Shown here one piece after another: positions 49,290 to 62,287 of a stretch of 64,000 nucleotides of DNA. Both the position numbers and the translations under genes were made by a program. The notes under the pieces were generated by a model. It was not told the origin of the DNA. It searched no databases and saw only the letters and a program-made list of their open reading frames with translations. The stretch covers positions 11,718,001 through 11,782,000 of the forward strand of contig NC_043010.1 of the NCBI RefSeq assembly GCF_006345805.1, given 5' to 3'. Within the stretch, counting starts at the first letter, position 1. Every line of letters begins with the position of its first letter. Source of the DNA: Octopus sinensis. Lineage: Eukaryota.

Positions 49290-49700
49290 TTGCCACCTTA
49301 GATTGATTTCAAATTCTGGCATAAGGTCAGCAATTTTACAGGAGGGGGTTAAGTCGATTACATCGACCCCAGTGTTCAATTGGTACTTATCAATCTCAAA
49401 AGGATGAAAGGCAAAGTCAACCTCACCAGAACATAAAGTCGAAATATAAACTACTAAGCATTTTTTTCGGCATGGTAGTGATTCTGCCAGCTTGCCACAT
49501 TTTTGTCCACACTGATATTGGTTTGGTTAAGTCAATTATGTCACCCCCAGTGTTCAACTGGTAATTATTTTATTGACCCTAAGAGGGGATGAAAAGTAAA
49601 GGTAACCTCAGTTGAACTTGAACTTGAACACAAAAAGTAAGAATGGACAAAATAACACTTAGCATTTTGTCCATCTTACTAACAATTCTGCCTGCTCACC
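49290..49700 (-). mobile_element. Two diverged SINE-C copies
   Basis: ggttaagtcgatt...ggatgaaaggcaaagtcaacctc motifs. Confidence 0.6.
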
Positions 49701-50203
49701 ACCTTTTTGTGTACACTAATATTAAGCATCCATCTAGTGTGCTGGGCAAAATACTTATCAGTATTTTACCTATCTTTACTTTCTAAGTTCAAATAACACC
49801 AAGGTCAACACAACTTGGTCTTTCATCCTGTTGTATAGTGAAACAATATACCCCACCCAGTAAAAAATGGTAGGAGTCAGCCATTATAAATCAACCAGTA
49901 GCCAGTCATCAAGAGAGGGTAGAGAGTCGACAGTTCTGGTCAGTGTCTTGTGGAGTTATCAGCAATAGTCAGAGAGAAGAAGTTAATGTATTACTATTCC
50001 GGTACAAAGAGATGCAACGGTATCCGATGAGTAGTAGCTGTAGTAGCTACTAGCATAAAACAGTAACTACAGTACGATGCCAGTCGCATATCACACCAGT
50101 GAGAGGAACCCACTCTACAACACATCCTTTTGAGTTGAGTACTGTGGTCGGGGTAACCAACCGAGATTCCCTCCCTCAAAGTTTCTGGTCTTGTGCAGAT
50201 TAT

Positions 50204-50600
50204 GCGCAGGAGTAGCTGTGTGGTAAGTAGCTTGCTAACCAATCACATGGTTCCGGGTTCAGTCCCACTGCGTGGCATCTTGGGCAAGTGTCTTCTGCTA
50301 TAGCCCCGGGCCGACCAAAGCCTTGTGAGTGGATTTGGTAGACGGAAACTGAAAGAAGCCTGTTGTATATATGTATGTATGTGTTTGTGTGTTTGTGTGT
50401 CTGTGTTTGTCCCCCTAGCATTGCTTGACAACCGATGCTGGTGTGTTTATGTTCCCGTTACTTAGCAGTTCAGCAAAAGAGACTGATAGAATAAGTACTG
50501 GGCTTACAAAGAATAAGTCCTGGGGTCGAGTTGCTCGACTAAAGGCGGTGCTCCAGCATGGCCGCAGTCAAATGACTGAAACATATAAAAGAGTAAAGAG
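50204..50600 (+). mobile_element. SINE-A full length
   Basis: Consensus match. Confidence 0.9.
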
Positions 50601-50837
50601 TATTAAATGATGATGAAGAGAAGACTGATATATAAGTTCTTTTGAACAAAAGCCCTTATGATATTTGTTTCACTTGAGTAGCACAGGCAATCCCTTGTCA
50701 TTCTTGCCAGCAAAGTATGAGGGGGTGCTGGAAAGGTCCTGGCTTTGGGTAAAAGAAAATACAAGAGAATCAGTTAATTTGAAACAAATATTAAGCATCC
50801 ATCAGAGCATATCTAATATTAATTTTATAGATTAGGG

Positions 50838-51225
50838 TACTCTTTTACTCTTGTATGTGTTTCAGTCATTCGACTGCGGCCATGCTGGAGCATTGCCTTT
50901 AGTCGAACAAATCGACCCCAGGACTTATTCCTTGTAAGCCTACTACTTATTCTATCAGTCTCTTTTGCCAAACTGCTATGTTACAGGGATGTAAACACAC
51001 CAGCATCGGTTGTCAAGCGATGTTGAGGGGGACAAACACAGACACACAAATACACACACACACATATATATAAATTTACATATATATGACGGGCTTCTTT
51101 TAGTTTTGTCTACCAAATCCACTCACAAGGCTTTGGTCGGCCCAAGACACTTGCCCAGTGGGACTGAACCCGGAACCATGTGGTTGATAAGCAAGCTACT
51201 TTCCATACAGCCACTCCTGTGCCTA
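50838..51225 (-). mobile_element. SINE-A
   Basis: Reverse complement of the consensus with a small deletion. Confidence 0.85.
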
Positions 51226-51423
51226 TATTTTGAACAAATATTTTTTAAGGTGAACCCTATATAATTAAACAGTATGCTTGTAGGCCTAATGTACCATCTG
51301 ATTTAGCACCACCATTTACACTACTGCTTTGTCCTTGACTGCCTTTAAAATAGTTCACTTTACTGCAAGCATTCAGATCAGACCCCAACCCACCTCAGTT
51401 CCCTCACTGTTGTCTGACATTAC

Positions 51424-51652
51424 CTATTTCTTTACTACCCACAAGGGGCTAAATACAGAGAGGACAAACAAGGACAGACAAACGGATTAAGTCGATTATA
51501 TCGACCCCAGTGCATAACTGGTACTTATTTAATCGACCCTGAAAGGATGAAAGGCAAAGTTTACCTTGGTGGAATTTGAACTCAGAACGTAGTGGCAGAT
51601 GAAATACCGCTAAGCATTTCGTCCGGCGTGCTAACGTTTCTGCCAGCTCGAC
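51424..51652 (-). mobile_element. SINE-C full length
   Basis: Reverse complement of the 13462-13692 type. Confidence 0.85.
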
Positions 51653-51854
51653 CAGTATTTGCACAGATTCAGCAGTGTTCTCCTTTGACTAATCTGTGGT
51701 GGTGGTGGTGAGAAGAAAAAAACATCAACCACTCACAAATTCATCAGGAAATTTTTTTTAAAAACTGCATTAAGAATATTAAACTAAAGAAGTTGCTTAT
51801 ATTTTATACAACAAAGCTATGACAAGCTTTTGTAATGAAATAATAGTTAAACTG

Positions 51855-52460
51855 CTAACAAGGTCTCCCTTTCATCGTAAACCGGTGACTGCCGTACACC
51901 GAAGACAGGCATATACCTAGAAACTGCAGTCCGTGCGTATCACTTAGGTTGACGAGAGAGGGATGACCTCCCTTTGCAAATACCATAAGGGCATAGAAAG
52001 TGTGCCTAAAGCCAGCTGGAGACGATGATCTCCTGGGGCTACAAGCTACAATAACACCCACCCTTAGTGGTTAGCCATATTGAGATGGCTAGTATACTTT
52101 ACGTTGTCGAGCAGTTACTGTTTACATCTCGTTCAGAGATTTATTATTGCTTGCAGACAGTTTTTCAAGATCAGTGACGGAAGTTACTAGAAAAACAATA
52201 AATAAGTATTTGCAAACAGGTCTCCCTTCATCGAAAACTGGTGATTGCTGTACGTTGACAAGAGGCAAATACCTAGAAACTGCAGTCCGTGCGCATCACT
52301 TAGGTTTACGAGAGAGGGATGACCTCCCTTTGCAAATACTTTAAGGGCACAGAAAGTGTGCCTAAAGCCAGCTGGAGACGATGATCTCCTGGGGCTAAAA
52401 GCTACAGTAATACCCACCCTTAGTATTTAGCCATATTGAGATGGCTAGTATATTTTACAT
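51855..52460 (+). repeat. Partial tandem repeat (357-bp period) of the family forming the 41459 hairpin; Penelope-like by arrangement
   Basis: ggtctccc at 51862 and 52219; shares aagggcacagaaagtgtgcc...tatactttacgttgtcgagcag with 41589-41750. Confidence 0.8.
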
Positions 52461-52849
52461 TCTAACCTCTTGTTTTCTACTTTTGCCATTGCTATCATGG
52501 AACAAGACCAAGCGTAGAGCCTAAAATTTTCTCCTCGATGCTGCAGTAGCTTTTGAAATTGCCAATTTCTGATTATTACTTTTATACATTATAGATATTA
52601 CGACACTAAAACTACCTTCCTCTTCCCTTCTTCGTGCAGTTTATTCGCATTGCAGCTGCTGCTTCTTGCTGCTAACATAAAAGCCTGGCATTTCAGCTTT
52701 TCATTTCTAATTCTTGTTTATAAACACTCATTCCATCCCTTCTTTAAAATTAATATATTTACAACACTTTTAACTTTGATGTCTTCATTTTCTTGATAAA
52801 TCTGCCAATGAATCATTGTTCTTCCTTACCTTAAATCAGAAGAAAAGTT

Positions 52850-53450
<601 letters not shown>

Positions 53451-54300
53451 ATAAGGAGATAAATAAATAAAATGGAAATTAAAAGATCTAATCTTAACAA
53501 CTACACCTCAGGGTAGAGAGGATTCCATTAACCAAAACTTTTGTTCTACCACGATTTAACTATGAAGCCTTATGGCAAGAAAGTTAACTTAATTCAGCCA
53601 TCTTGAAAGCTGTCATCAAAGTAACCTGAGCCATCAAACATAATTCTAAGACTTCATTCCTCAAAGAAAGCTTCCATCTTCCTGCATCAATCACATAGAT
53701 GTATTTCAGCGAATAATAGTTACCTTTAACAACCAACATTTTTCCTTTCCACTAGTTATGAAAATTTCTGCCAAATTTTCTCTAATAATAAATTATTCTT
53801 GACAAGAGAAGAAAACAATATTTTTTCTTTCTTTGTTCTTCCTTTTAATAATTTTTAATTCTAATTCAGTATAGAATAAATCTAATACCTTTTGGTTGTC
53901 TTATAGAGGAATCTTTTAGTCTTTTTCCTATAAGCCATCAGAGGAGAATATATTTAAAATATACCATCATCATTTATAAATGACCTTCCTTACAACATAT
54001 TTCACATATAGAGTAATGCAAAGCTCTAGTTAAAACAACAAAAGTTTCTATTATTATTACTGCTGCTGTTGTTTACAATTAACTATTTAGGGGAAACGGA
54101 GACACAAAATGGCAGTTATTACTACCTTACTATTCCTCATATAAAAAATCAAATTTCTCGGACCTTTTATTTTTTTTTTCACTACCCTTTGTATTAATTC
54201 TCCTTCTTATAAACTATATATACAGCTCGCTTCTGAGCTTTTTTTTTAACCATTTAGCATTCAGATTACTGTCAAAAATAATATTATTCATCATAATATA

Positions 54301-54519
54301 GGTGCAGGAGCGGCTGTATGGTAAGTAGCTTGCTAACCAACCACATGGTTCCGGGTTCAGTCCCACTGCGTGGCATCTTGGGCAAGTGTCTTCTGCTATA
54401 GCCCCGGGCCGACCAATGCCTTGTGAGTGGATTTGGTAGACAGAAACTGAAAGAAGCCTGTCGTATATATGTATATATATATGTGTATGTGTGTGTGTGT
54501 GTGTCTGTGTTTGTCTCCC
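54301..54519 (+). mobile_element. SINE-A 5' half fused to a mariner MITE fragment
   Basis: Consensus head, then ggtaaaagaaaatacagaaggatcagttaatt. Confidence 0.85.
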
Positions 54520-54814
54520 TTTCGGTAAAAGAAAATACAGAAGGATCAGTTAATTATGATTTTATCCAATATATTCCCCTCTCAGATTCACACACTTATT
54601 GCTGCAGTCCTTCAGTTTTTCTAAACCCTATAAAAGAACTCAGAAGATTGGGCCTTCAGCCAGGCCTTTCATGGTACACTTAAATCCAGGAACTTTTCAA
54701 CACGTGTGTGTGTGTGTGTTCATGCATGCGTGTGTCTGTCTAGCTTGTTGTATCACATCATACATTGCTGCATTTTTTGCTAACTCTGAATAATCTTTGT
54801 TTCAGAAAATAATA

Positions 54815-56061
54815 GTGGCAGACCATCAGCTTACTCAAGAAATGAAGAGGCATGCTCTTACTACTGTGGTTATAAAGGCTGAGCATAGCAATTTAGAAGT
54901 ATCTCAATTTTGAAAAGTTGCCAGATCTTTCGTCTACAAAGTTTGTAAGGAGTTAGAGACTGAAGACAGAAACGTATCACCAGTATCAAAGCATAAAAAG
55001 CATTCTAAAAGCTCTAGAATCATCAAAACACCTGAATTTATCCAGCAAGTTCAAATTACAATCCCAGAAAGTCCATGAAAGTCAATTGAAAAAGATAAGA
55101 TTTCTCTGTGTCAGAAGGAACAGTCAGAAATGTTGTCCAAGAAGACATCAGATATAAGTTTTTCAGTTTGTTTAAGAGCCTTTTACATCTGATGTATTGA
55201 TTTTTTCATTTGCTTTTTCTGACAAATTGACCTTTCCTCAGCATATAAATGATGAGGAAAGGTCAATTTGTCAGAAAAAGCAAATGAAAAAAATCACTAC
55301 TTCAGATCTAAAAAGCTCTTAAACAAACTGAAAAATCCAGCAGAAGATTTGATTTGGCTTTTCTTAAACAAGGAAAGCTTCGACCAAGATCAAAAAGTTA
55401 ACAGAAGAAATGATAGATGATTAGGTGCAAACCCTTCTGAAGTTCCAAGTGTTATGCATACAAAATTTCCTGTAACTGTCATGGTTTTAGGGGTTGTCAG
55501 CAATGAAGGACATGTAATACCTCCTTACTTCTTTCCACAAGGCCTTAGAGTTAATTCTGCTGCCTACATTGAGATCCTAGATATAATTGTTAAGCCCTGG
55601 ATAGACAGTGTATGCAATGGAGGGCCATAAGTGTTTCACTATCACATATGGCTCTAGTAACACAGGAATGGATAGCTGATAACTTTCATGATCACATAAC
55701 CCCTAATATTTGGCCTCCTAATTTCCCTGATCTCAATCCATTGGACTATTACATGTAGAACATTTTTGAGAGAGAGGCCAATGAACATGCCCATAACATC
55801 AAAGATTCTTTGAAAGCTGCCATAGTGAGAGTAATGTCCAAAATGAACCAGGACCACTTGATTCAAGCATGTACATGATTTAGATCTCATATAGAAGCAG
55901 TTGTTGAAGCTGAAGGTGGCTTTATTGAATAACATTATAAAAAAGAACGTCCATTTTTATCCTCATAGCATTTCTTGATAAATAAAGTTATTATCTGTTA
56001 TTATATATCTGTTTTATTTTATAAACATAAATCTGTCCTCAAATATTTTATGCATCCTGTA
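54815..56061 (+). mobile_element. Decayed Tc1/mariner transposon, maT (DD37D)-like
   Basis: HTKFPVTVMVLGVVSNEG, WPPNFPDLNPLDY, FRSHIEAVVEAEGGFIE*; putative right TIR ctgtcctcaaatattttatgcatcctgTA; multiple stops. Confidence 0.8.
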
Positions 56062-56165
56062 AATATGTATGTATATACACTTGAATGTATCAGTGACTGT
56101 GTATATTCACTTCCATGTCTGTACTTATACTAAGAGAATCTACATTGCAACCAACTTGTTTATAG

Positions 56166-56358
56166 ATTTATGCTACAAGAAAAGTCGATGAAGCCAACGG
56201 AGTTACAAATAGCAGTTTGGCAGTTCCCTCATCATATTTTCCTTCACATAAGGACTGGAATAAAATGGATAGCTTCTGAATCAACACAGAAGTTTATGGC
56301 ATCCCTAGACTATGGAGATATTGTGGCCACACACAGAGGAAGAGGGAGGGACTATCTG
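56166..56358 (+). CDS. Candidate exon (FMLQEKSMKPTELQIAVWQFPHHIFLHIR...RGRDYL)
   Basis: tgtttatag acceptor, 193-nt open frame, CTG|GTAATG donor; no homology recognised. Confidence 0.25.
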
Positions 56359-56596
56359 GTAATGTTTAAACAATGAGTTAAAACATTACCATTCCGTGTA
56401 TAAGGAGAGAAGGACTTCTGTAGCAGACTAGATAAAAAAAAAAAAGAAAGTAGGCAAAAAGCTGTTACATGGAGTTAGTACAATATTGCCAGTAGGGACA
56501 GTTTGACACTTGGAAGGAGTTTGTGATTAGGCAAAAAGCTGGATAGTAAGAACTTGGGTCATGAGAGCAACCAGAATCAGTTTCCTAATCTTGCAG

Positions 56597-56747
56597 ACTT
56601 AAAGCATTGGAAGATAGAGGCAAGTGGTCTGTACAAATGTGAAGATACCAGAATGATGAAGTTCATGCTCTCCAGTCGTCTTCTAGGTCTGGGGCACAGA
56701 TTCATATGGTGGCACAACCAAGTACTGATTGATGCAATGGTTGAGAG
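56597..56747 (+). CDS. Candidate exon (LKHWKIEASGLYKCEDTRMMKFML...IDAMVE)
   Basis: cctaatcttgcag acceptor, GAG|GTAAAG donor, phase 1 to 2. Confidence 0.25.
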
Positions 56748-56960
56748 GTAAAGTAGATTAACAATGATGAAAGGCCACAAATGCTGGATCATGGGAAGAT
56801 AAAGTTTTGCAGGGAAATTAACACTGTAGGGAGGAAGAATGATCCAAAATGGAAGGAGACTTGAAAGGAGCCTGCTGACTGTAATATCATTTCCCGCTTT
56901 TTACCATATGTATATGTGTGTCCATGTATATTGTGTACACACACACACACACACACACAT

Positions 56961-56993
<33 letters not shown>

Positions 56994-56999
56994 GCTAGC

Positions 57000-57007
57000 T
57001 AGATAGC

Positions 57008-57041
<34 letters not shown>

Positions 57042-57177
57042 TGTTTCTTTATTAGCCACACAGGGCTGAACACAGAGGGAACAAATTACAAAGTAGAGCT
57101 TTTTTTTGAGGAGGAAAAAACCCCCAAAAAACAAGGGGAGTAGGTTTCCGATCAAAGACAGACAGACAGACAGATAA

Positions 57178-57258
<81 letters not shown>

Positions 57259-57287
57259 TAGATAAATAGATAGATAGATAGATAGAT

Positions 57288-57325
<38 letters not shown>

Positions 57326-57363
57326 GCAGACAGACAGACAGACAGACAGATAGATAGATAGAT

Positions 57364-57397
<34 letters not shown>

Positions 57398-57420
57398 CAG
57401 ATAGATAGACAGACAGACAC
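57000..57420 (-). mobile_element. Tx1-like LINE terminal ~110 bp embedded in (GATA/GACA)n
   Basis: 57041-57155 matches the 3' end of the 38042 element; repeats on both sides. Confidence 0.85.
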
Positions 57421-57642
57421 ACACACACACATATTAGGTATAGGTGTGTATATACGTATGTGTGAGTGTGTATGTGTGTGCATATGTGTGTGAAGAGTAA
57501 CAGAAGAAGGCAGGGAGTTAAGTGAAATGCAAAAACAGGACTGATGTATTCATTCATACATTCTGCCTACAAATAAATAAATAAATAAATAAATAAATAG
57601 ACAGTAATAGAGGCGTCTGAACTTAGACAAAGCAAAATGTTA

Positions 57643-57674
<32 letters not shown>

Positions 57675-58411
57675 CGACAGTGAGGGAGTAGTAATGAGTT
57701 TGATCTAAGCGTGTGTTGTTATTTTGATTAAGTTGTTCAAAATAGGATTATGCAGAGTAATGAGTTTTAGTCAATTAGCAATATTTTCTATTGCTCCTGA
57801 AGGCTAGAATTTAGATGTTTAATTACTTAGCTGTTCTGGAGTGAAATCTTATGCTAAAGATAGATTTTTCTACTCTTGTAATTAGAGCCCATTGCCAACT
57901 GTGTAATGTACACATTATATAATTAGATATAGGTTAAATTCTGCTGACTTTAATAACATTGGTCAGTGGAGAACGCGGTTGAAAAGGTTTGATATAAGGA
58001 GAAAGATTAAACTTAAATCTTTCACTCACTAGCATTTATTAAAATGGCTGTAAAGTCAGATGAATTGTGCCTTCCCATTATCTTGTACATCGAAATGGTT
58101 CTCGTAAAAGTGTTATTTATTGTTGCAATAGTAATTTATTTTGTCACTGGTAATTCTCTTACCTATTGCCATTGTAGACACAATTCAATTTCCCAGGGAA
58201 TAATAAAATATTCTGAGAAAAGCTACCAGTTATAGAATATCTGTGAGAGGCATGTGTATTTAAGTATATATATTGCACTCTAAACATAACATTTCTGAGC
58301 GATAAACTACCATCTTCTCTCATTTGTAAAGATTCTATCTTTCTATACGTGCGTATCTCATTGTGCCCTCGAGTAATTATGTTATAGAACAACACACTTT
58401 AGTCTTCTTAG

Positions 58412-58505
58412 GTGCACCTCCTACTTGTTTATAATGAATGGCTGTTATCCATTTGTCAAAACTGTACTCAAGCAACTTGTTCAAACGTTCAGATTTGCAG
58501 TGCAG
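58412..58505 (+). CDS. Candidate exon (CTSYLFIMNGCYPFVKTVLKQLVQTFRFAVQ)
   Basis: gtcttcttag acceptor, CAG|GTCAGT donor, phase 2 to 0, compatible with 56597-56747. Confidence 0.3.
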
Positions 58506-58539
58506 GTCAGTGCATACTTATTGTATCACAAGAACACAT

Positions 58540-58615
58540 GAAACAGACATTTACACACAAACACACACACACACACACACATATAAGTTTGTCCAAGTAT
58601 GTGTATACACACATA

Positions 58616-58660
<45 letters not shown>

Positions 58661-58699
58661 GTGTGAGTGTGTGTGTGTGTATACATACACACACACACT

Positions 58700-58730
<31 letters not shown>

Positions 58731-58742
58731 GTATGTATAGAA

Positions 58743-58777
<35 letters not shown>

Positions 58778-59040
58778 TATATGTGCGTGTATGCATGTGT
58801 ATATACATATATATATACATATGTATATATACACACATATATACTTATATATATATATATCTATATGTGTGTATATATATATATATATACCTATATATAT
58901 ATACATACACATACACAGCTACCTAAATATATATATATATACACATACATTATATACTTAAACATATATATATATATATATATATACATAGGTATATGTC
59001 TCTGTGTGTGTATACATATCTGTGTATTCACACACATGCA
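58540..59040. repeat. (TA)n/(CA)n microsatellite tract
   Basis: Direct reading. Confidence 0.9.
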
Positions 59041-59339
59041 TGAGTAAACAAATGGGCAAATGCTTAAGAAGAAAATCATTCATGTATCTTGAACAAAAAA
59101 AACCCAATCAAGCATTTAATTACTTCCCCCATATTTTAAGACTAACAGTTTATTGCAATTAATAAACAACCAGACATCACTGGACAAACTTGTCGTTAAA
59201 ACAACCACTCGGAAGCCTTTTTGTTCTTTGTGTCATTCTTCTACAAACAGCTGGCATTTCTTCATATACCTACACTGAAATCAATATGCAACAGGTCCTT
59301 TTGGACAAAGACGCTATACACATACAAACATACATGCAC

Positions 59340-59615
59340 ATCATCATCATCATTGTTCAACCATGGTCGAGACAATGGAATTTACTATGTTACGCCAGAC
59401 TTCACGGTCCATCATAGCATTACGGAGGTCCTGTTGCTGGATGCCTGTATCCCTGGAGATTACATCAGGGTAGGAGAGTGTGCACCCTCTGGTGTTGCGA
59501 GTAGATGGCTTCCAGAGGAGAAGAGTAGAAATTACTTCTTTTTCAGCTCTACAACAATGTCCAGCAAACTGGACTCTCCTACCTTTCACAAGAGATGACA
59601 CAGGTGGTAATTTCC
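59340..59615 (-). mobile_element. RTE-clade LINE 3' end
   Basis: GKLPPVSSLVKGRRVQFAGHCCRA...DREVWRNIV; matches 46335-46635. Confidence 0.85.
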
Positions 59616-59649
59616 CATGCACACACATGTACACACTTATGCATATGCT

Positions 59650-59762
59650 TGTAGATTCAAAACAGCAAACAGGTGGTCAGACTCACTTATTCCTTGTCCA
59701 GCCTTAAGACTCAAGCAAAAGGATTGACCACAAATATTGAAATTCCTGACATCTTGTAGCAA
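59650..59762 (-). mobile_element. Mariner fragment
   Basis: Matches 61450-61545 (caaaacagcaaacaggtgg...caaatattgaaa). Confidence 0.6.
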
Positions 59763-59851
59763 ACAGTTGATCTCTCTCTCTCTCTCTCTCACTTCCTCTC
59801 TCTCGTTCCCTCTCTCTTTCTCTCTCAATCTCTCTCTCTGATACACACGTA

Positions 59852-60064
59852 TACTCTTTTACTCTTTTACTCGTTTCAGTCATTTTGACTGCGGCCATGC
59901 TGGAGCACCGCCTTTAGTCAAGCAAATCGACCCCAGGACTTATTCATTGTAAGCCTAGTACTTATTCTATCGGTCTCGTTAGCCGAACCGCTAAGTGACG
60001 GGGTCGTAAACACACCAGCATCGGGTGTCAAGCGATGTTGTGGGGACAAACACTCAAACATACG

Positions 60065-60135
<71 letters not shown>

Positions 60136-60295
60136 GACGGGCTTCATTTAGTTTCTGTCTACCAAATCCACTCACAAGGCTTTGGTCAGCCCGAGGCTAT
60201 AGTAGAAGACACTTGCCCAAGATGCCACACAGTGGGACTGAACCTGGAACCATGTGGTTGGTAAGCAAGCTACTTACCACACAGCCATTCCTGCA
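59852..60295 (-). mobile_element. SINE-A full length
   Basis: Reverse complement of the consensus. Confidence 0.9.
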
Positions 60296-60489
60296 AAATT
60301 ATATATGCTGTAACCACAATTTTTGAAAAATTCCAAAGGGAATGCAAAGAGCAATTGTTCCAGCTCTCTGCACTTTGAGTTCATATCCCGTTGAGGTTAA
60401 CTTTGCTGTCATGTTTTCAGGATTTGATTAAGTACCAGTTCTGTACTGGAGTCATTTCTTCTTTTTCAGTAGCTTTTTCATTCTATCTC

Positions 60490-61005
60490 TTTCTCTCTTC
60501 CTCAAAGAAATTACCTGTGATTCTGTGTGAAGAAGAATGGGCTCCACCTGGTCTAAAAATGCTTGAAGCATGCCATATCTTTACAGCATTTGTCTTACGA
60601 AGAAAGGCTGAAGACGCTCGACCTTTATTCTATAGAAAAACGACAATGCTGTGGTGATCTCATTCTTGCTCACAACATCATAAGTGGAAAGTGTAACCTC
60701 TCAAAAGAGCTGTTCTTCACTCCTGCTCCAGAGCGTCGGCTGCGGGGTCACTCTGAAAAGCTCTATCTGCGACGATTTCATCTCAATCGAAGGAGAGGGG
60801 CTTTCTCCGTCCGGGTTGTGGACTAGTGGAATAAGCTGCCGGACGAGATAGTGAAGATGCCAACGACCACTCGGTTCAAAGTCTCTCTTGACCAGAAATG
60901 GCCTGAACTCTTTGCATGAACACTACCTGTACATAACTCCATGTCCCCCTACATGGCCTTGCTTTTTGCTTTTTGAGCCAAAAAATTAACTTAACTTAAC
61001 TTAAC
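60490..61005 (+). mobile_element. CR1-clade LINE 3' end with (TTAAC)n tail
   Basis: LSYEERLKTLDLYSIEKR..GDLI...LRGHSEKL...FSVRVVD*WNKLP. Confidence 0.85.
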
Positions 61006-61104
61006 AGCTCCATACCCTTACAACAACATGTTTTCAGCTCCATCAAAGTATTAAGGAGTCATGTTATAACAGTGTGTGTTCGTGTGTATATATATATATA
61101 TATC

Positions 61105-61545
61105 TCTTGGGTTGGCAACTAAGTCCCTGCCATTTTTTTAAGTTTAAATATCTTAAAAGGTTTAAAAAAATATAACAACCAATTAATCAATAATGTATTC
61201 ACCCTTGTTGTTTTCAACTTCTTCCCAATGTTCAACAAGATTTTGAATACCTCGTTGGTAGAAATCACCCGATTTTGACTCAAAAAATTGATCCAACCAA
61301 GCTCTCAATTCTGCATCAGTACTGAATGAAACTCCGTGCATAGCATTTGAAAGAGATCGAAAGAGGTGGAAATCTGTTGGTGCCAAATCAGAAGAGTATG
61401 GCAGGTGTGGCAGCACTTCCCGGCCATGTGTTTGAATGGCTTCCATTGGTCAAAACAGCAAACAGGTGGCCAGACTCACTTATTTATTGTCCAGCCTTAA
61501 GACTCAAGCCAAACGATTTACCACAAATATTGAAACTCCTGACAT
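61105..61545 (-). mobile_element. Mariner 3' fragment
   Basis: LPHLPYSSDLAPTDFHLFRSLSN...GIQNLVEHWEEV..NKGEYI; terminal ttgggttggcaactaagt. Confidence 0.85.
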
Positions 61546-62201
61546 GATGCTGCAGATAATACTTTACTACAGCGGCCTTTGCCAGTTAGAGAACTTATTA
61601 ATTTAATTTTAAATTTCCGGTAGTCTAGTGCGCCAAAATGAGTACATTTGAAATAGTAGCCACGAGTGTAATGGGTAGGACTGTTTTACAAGCCTGACTT
61701 TGTGTGGACGTCCTAGTATGCAGTCCTGCAAATTATATTCACCTTGGACGGTCGTACCGATGATCTACAGACAATTACGTAAGTTACATAAGTAAGATTA
61801 CGTAATTTGTTGATAGTGAAACATGTGTAGGAATAATCCATATCTTTATTACTTTTTCTTTTGTCTTGCTCGATTACGTTTTGGTTGTTTTGCTAAATTC
61901 TTCTTGAGAACATTTCTTAGTGGTGAGACCGTAGCAGATCTATTTCTAGCATATCGGTGTCCACATAGTGGTTTCCCTCTAATATATATATATAAATATA
62001 ATACAATTTTACTGAACCTTCAGTTTTTTTTATGCTAGACCACTGGTGTGAAATCGATGTTAATTAAATTAATATCTAATTTCTCACCCTCTTTTGAAAT
62101 TTAAAATTATATATATATATATATATACAGTATATGAATATATATATATATATACACAGTATATGAATATGCATGTGTGTGTATATATATATATATATAT
62201 A

Positions 62202-62235
<34 letters not shown>

Positions 62236-62287
62236 CATACATACATACATATATATATATATATATGTATATATATGTATATATATA

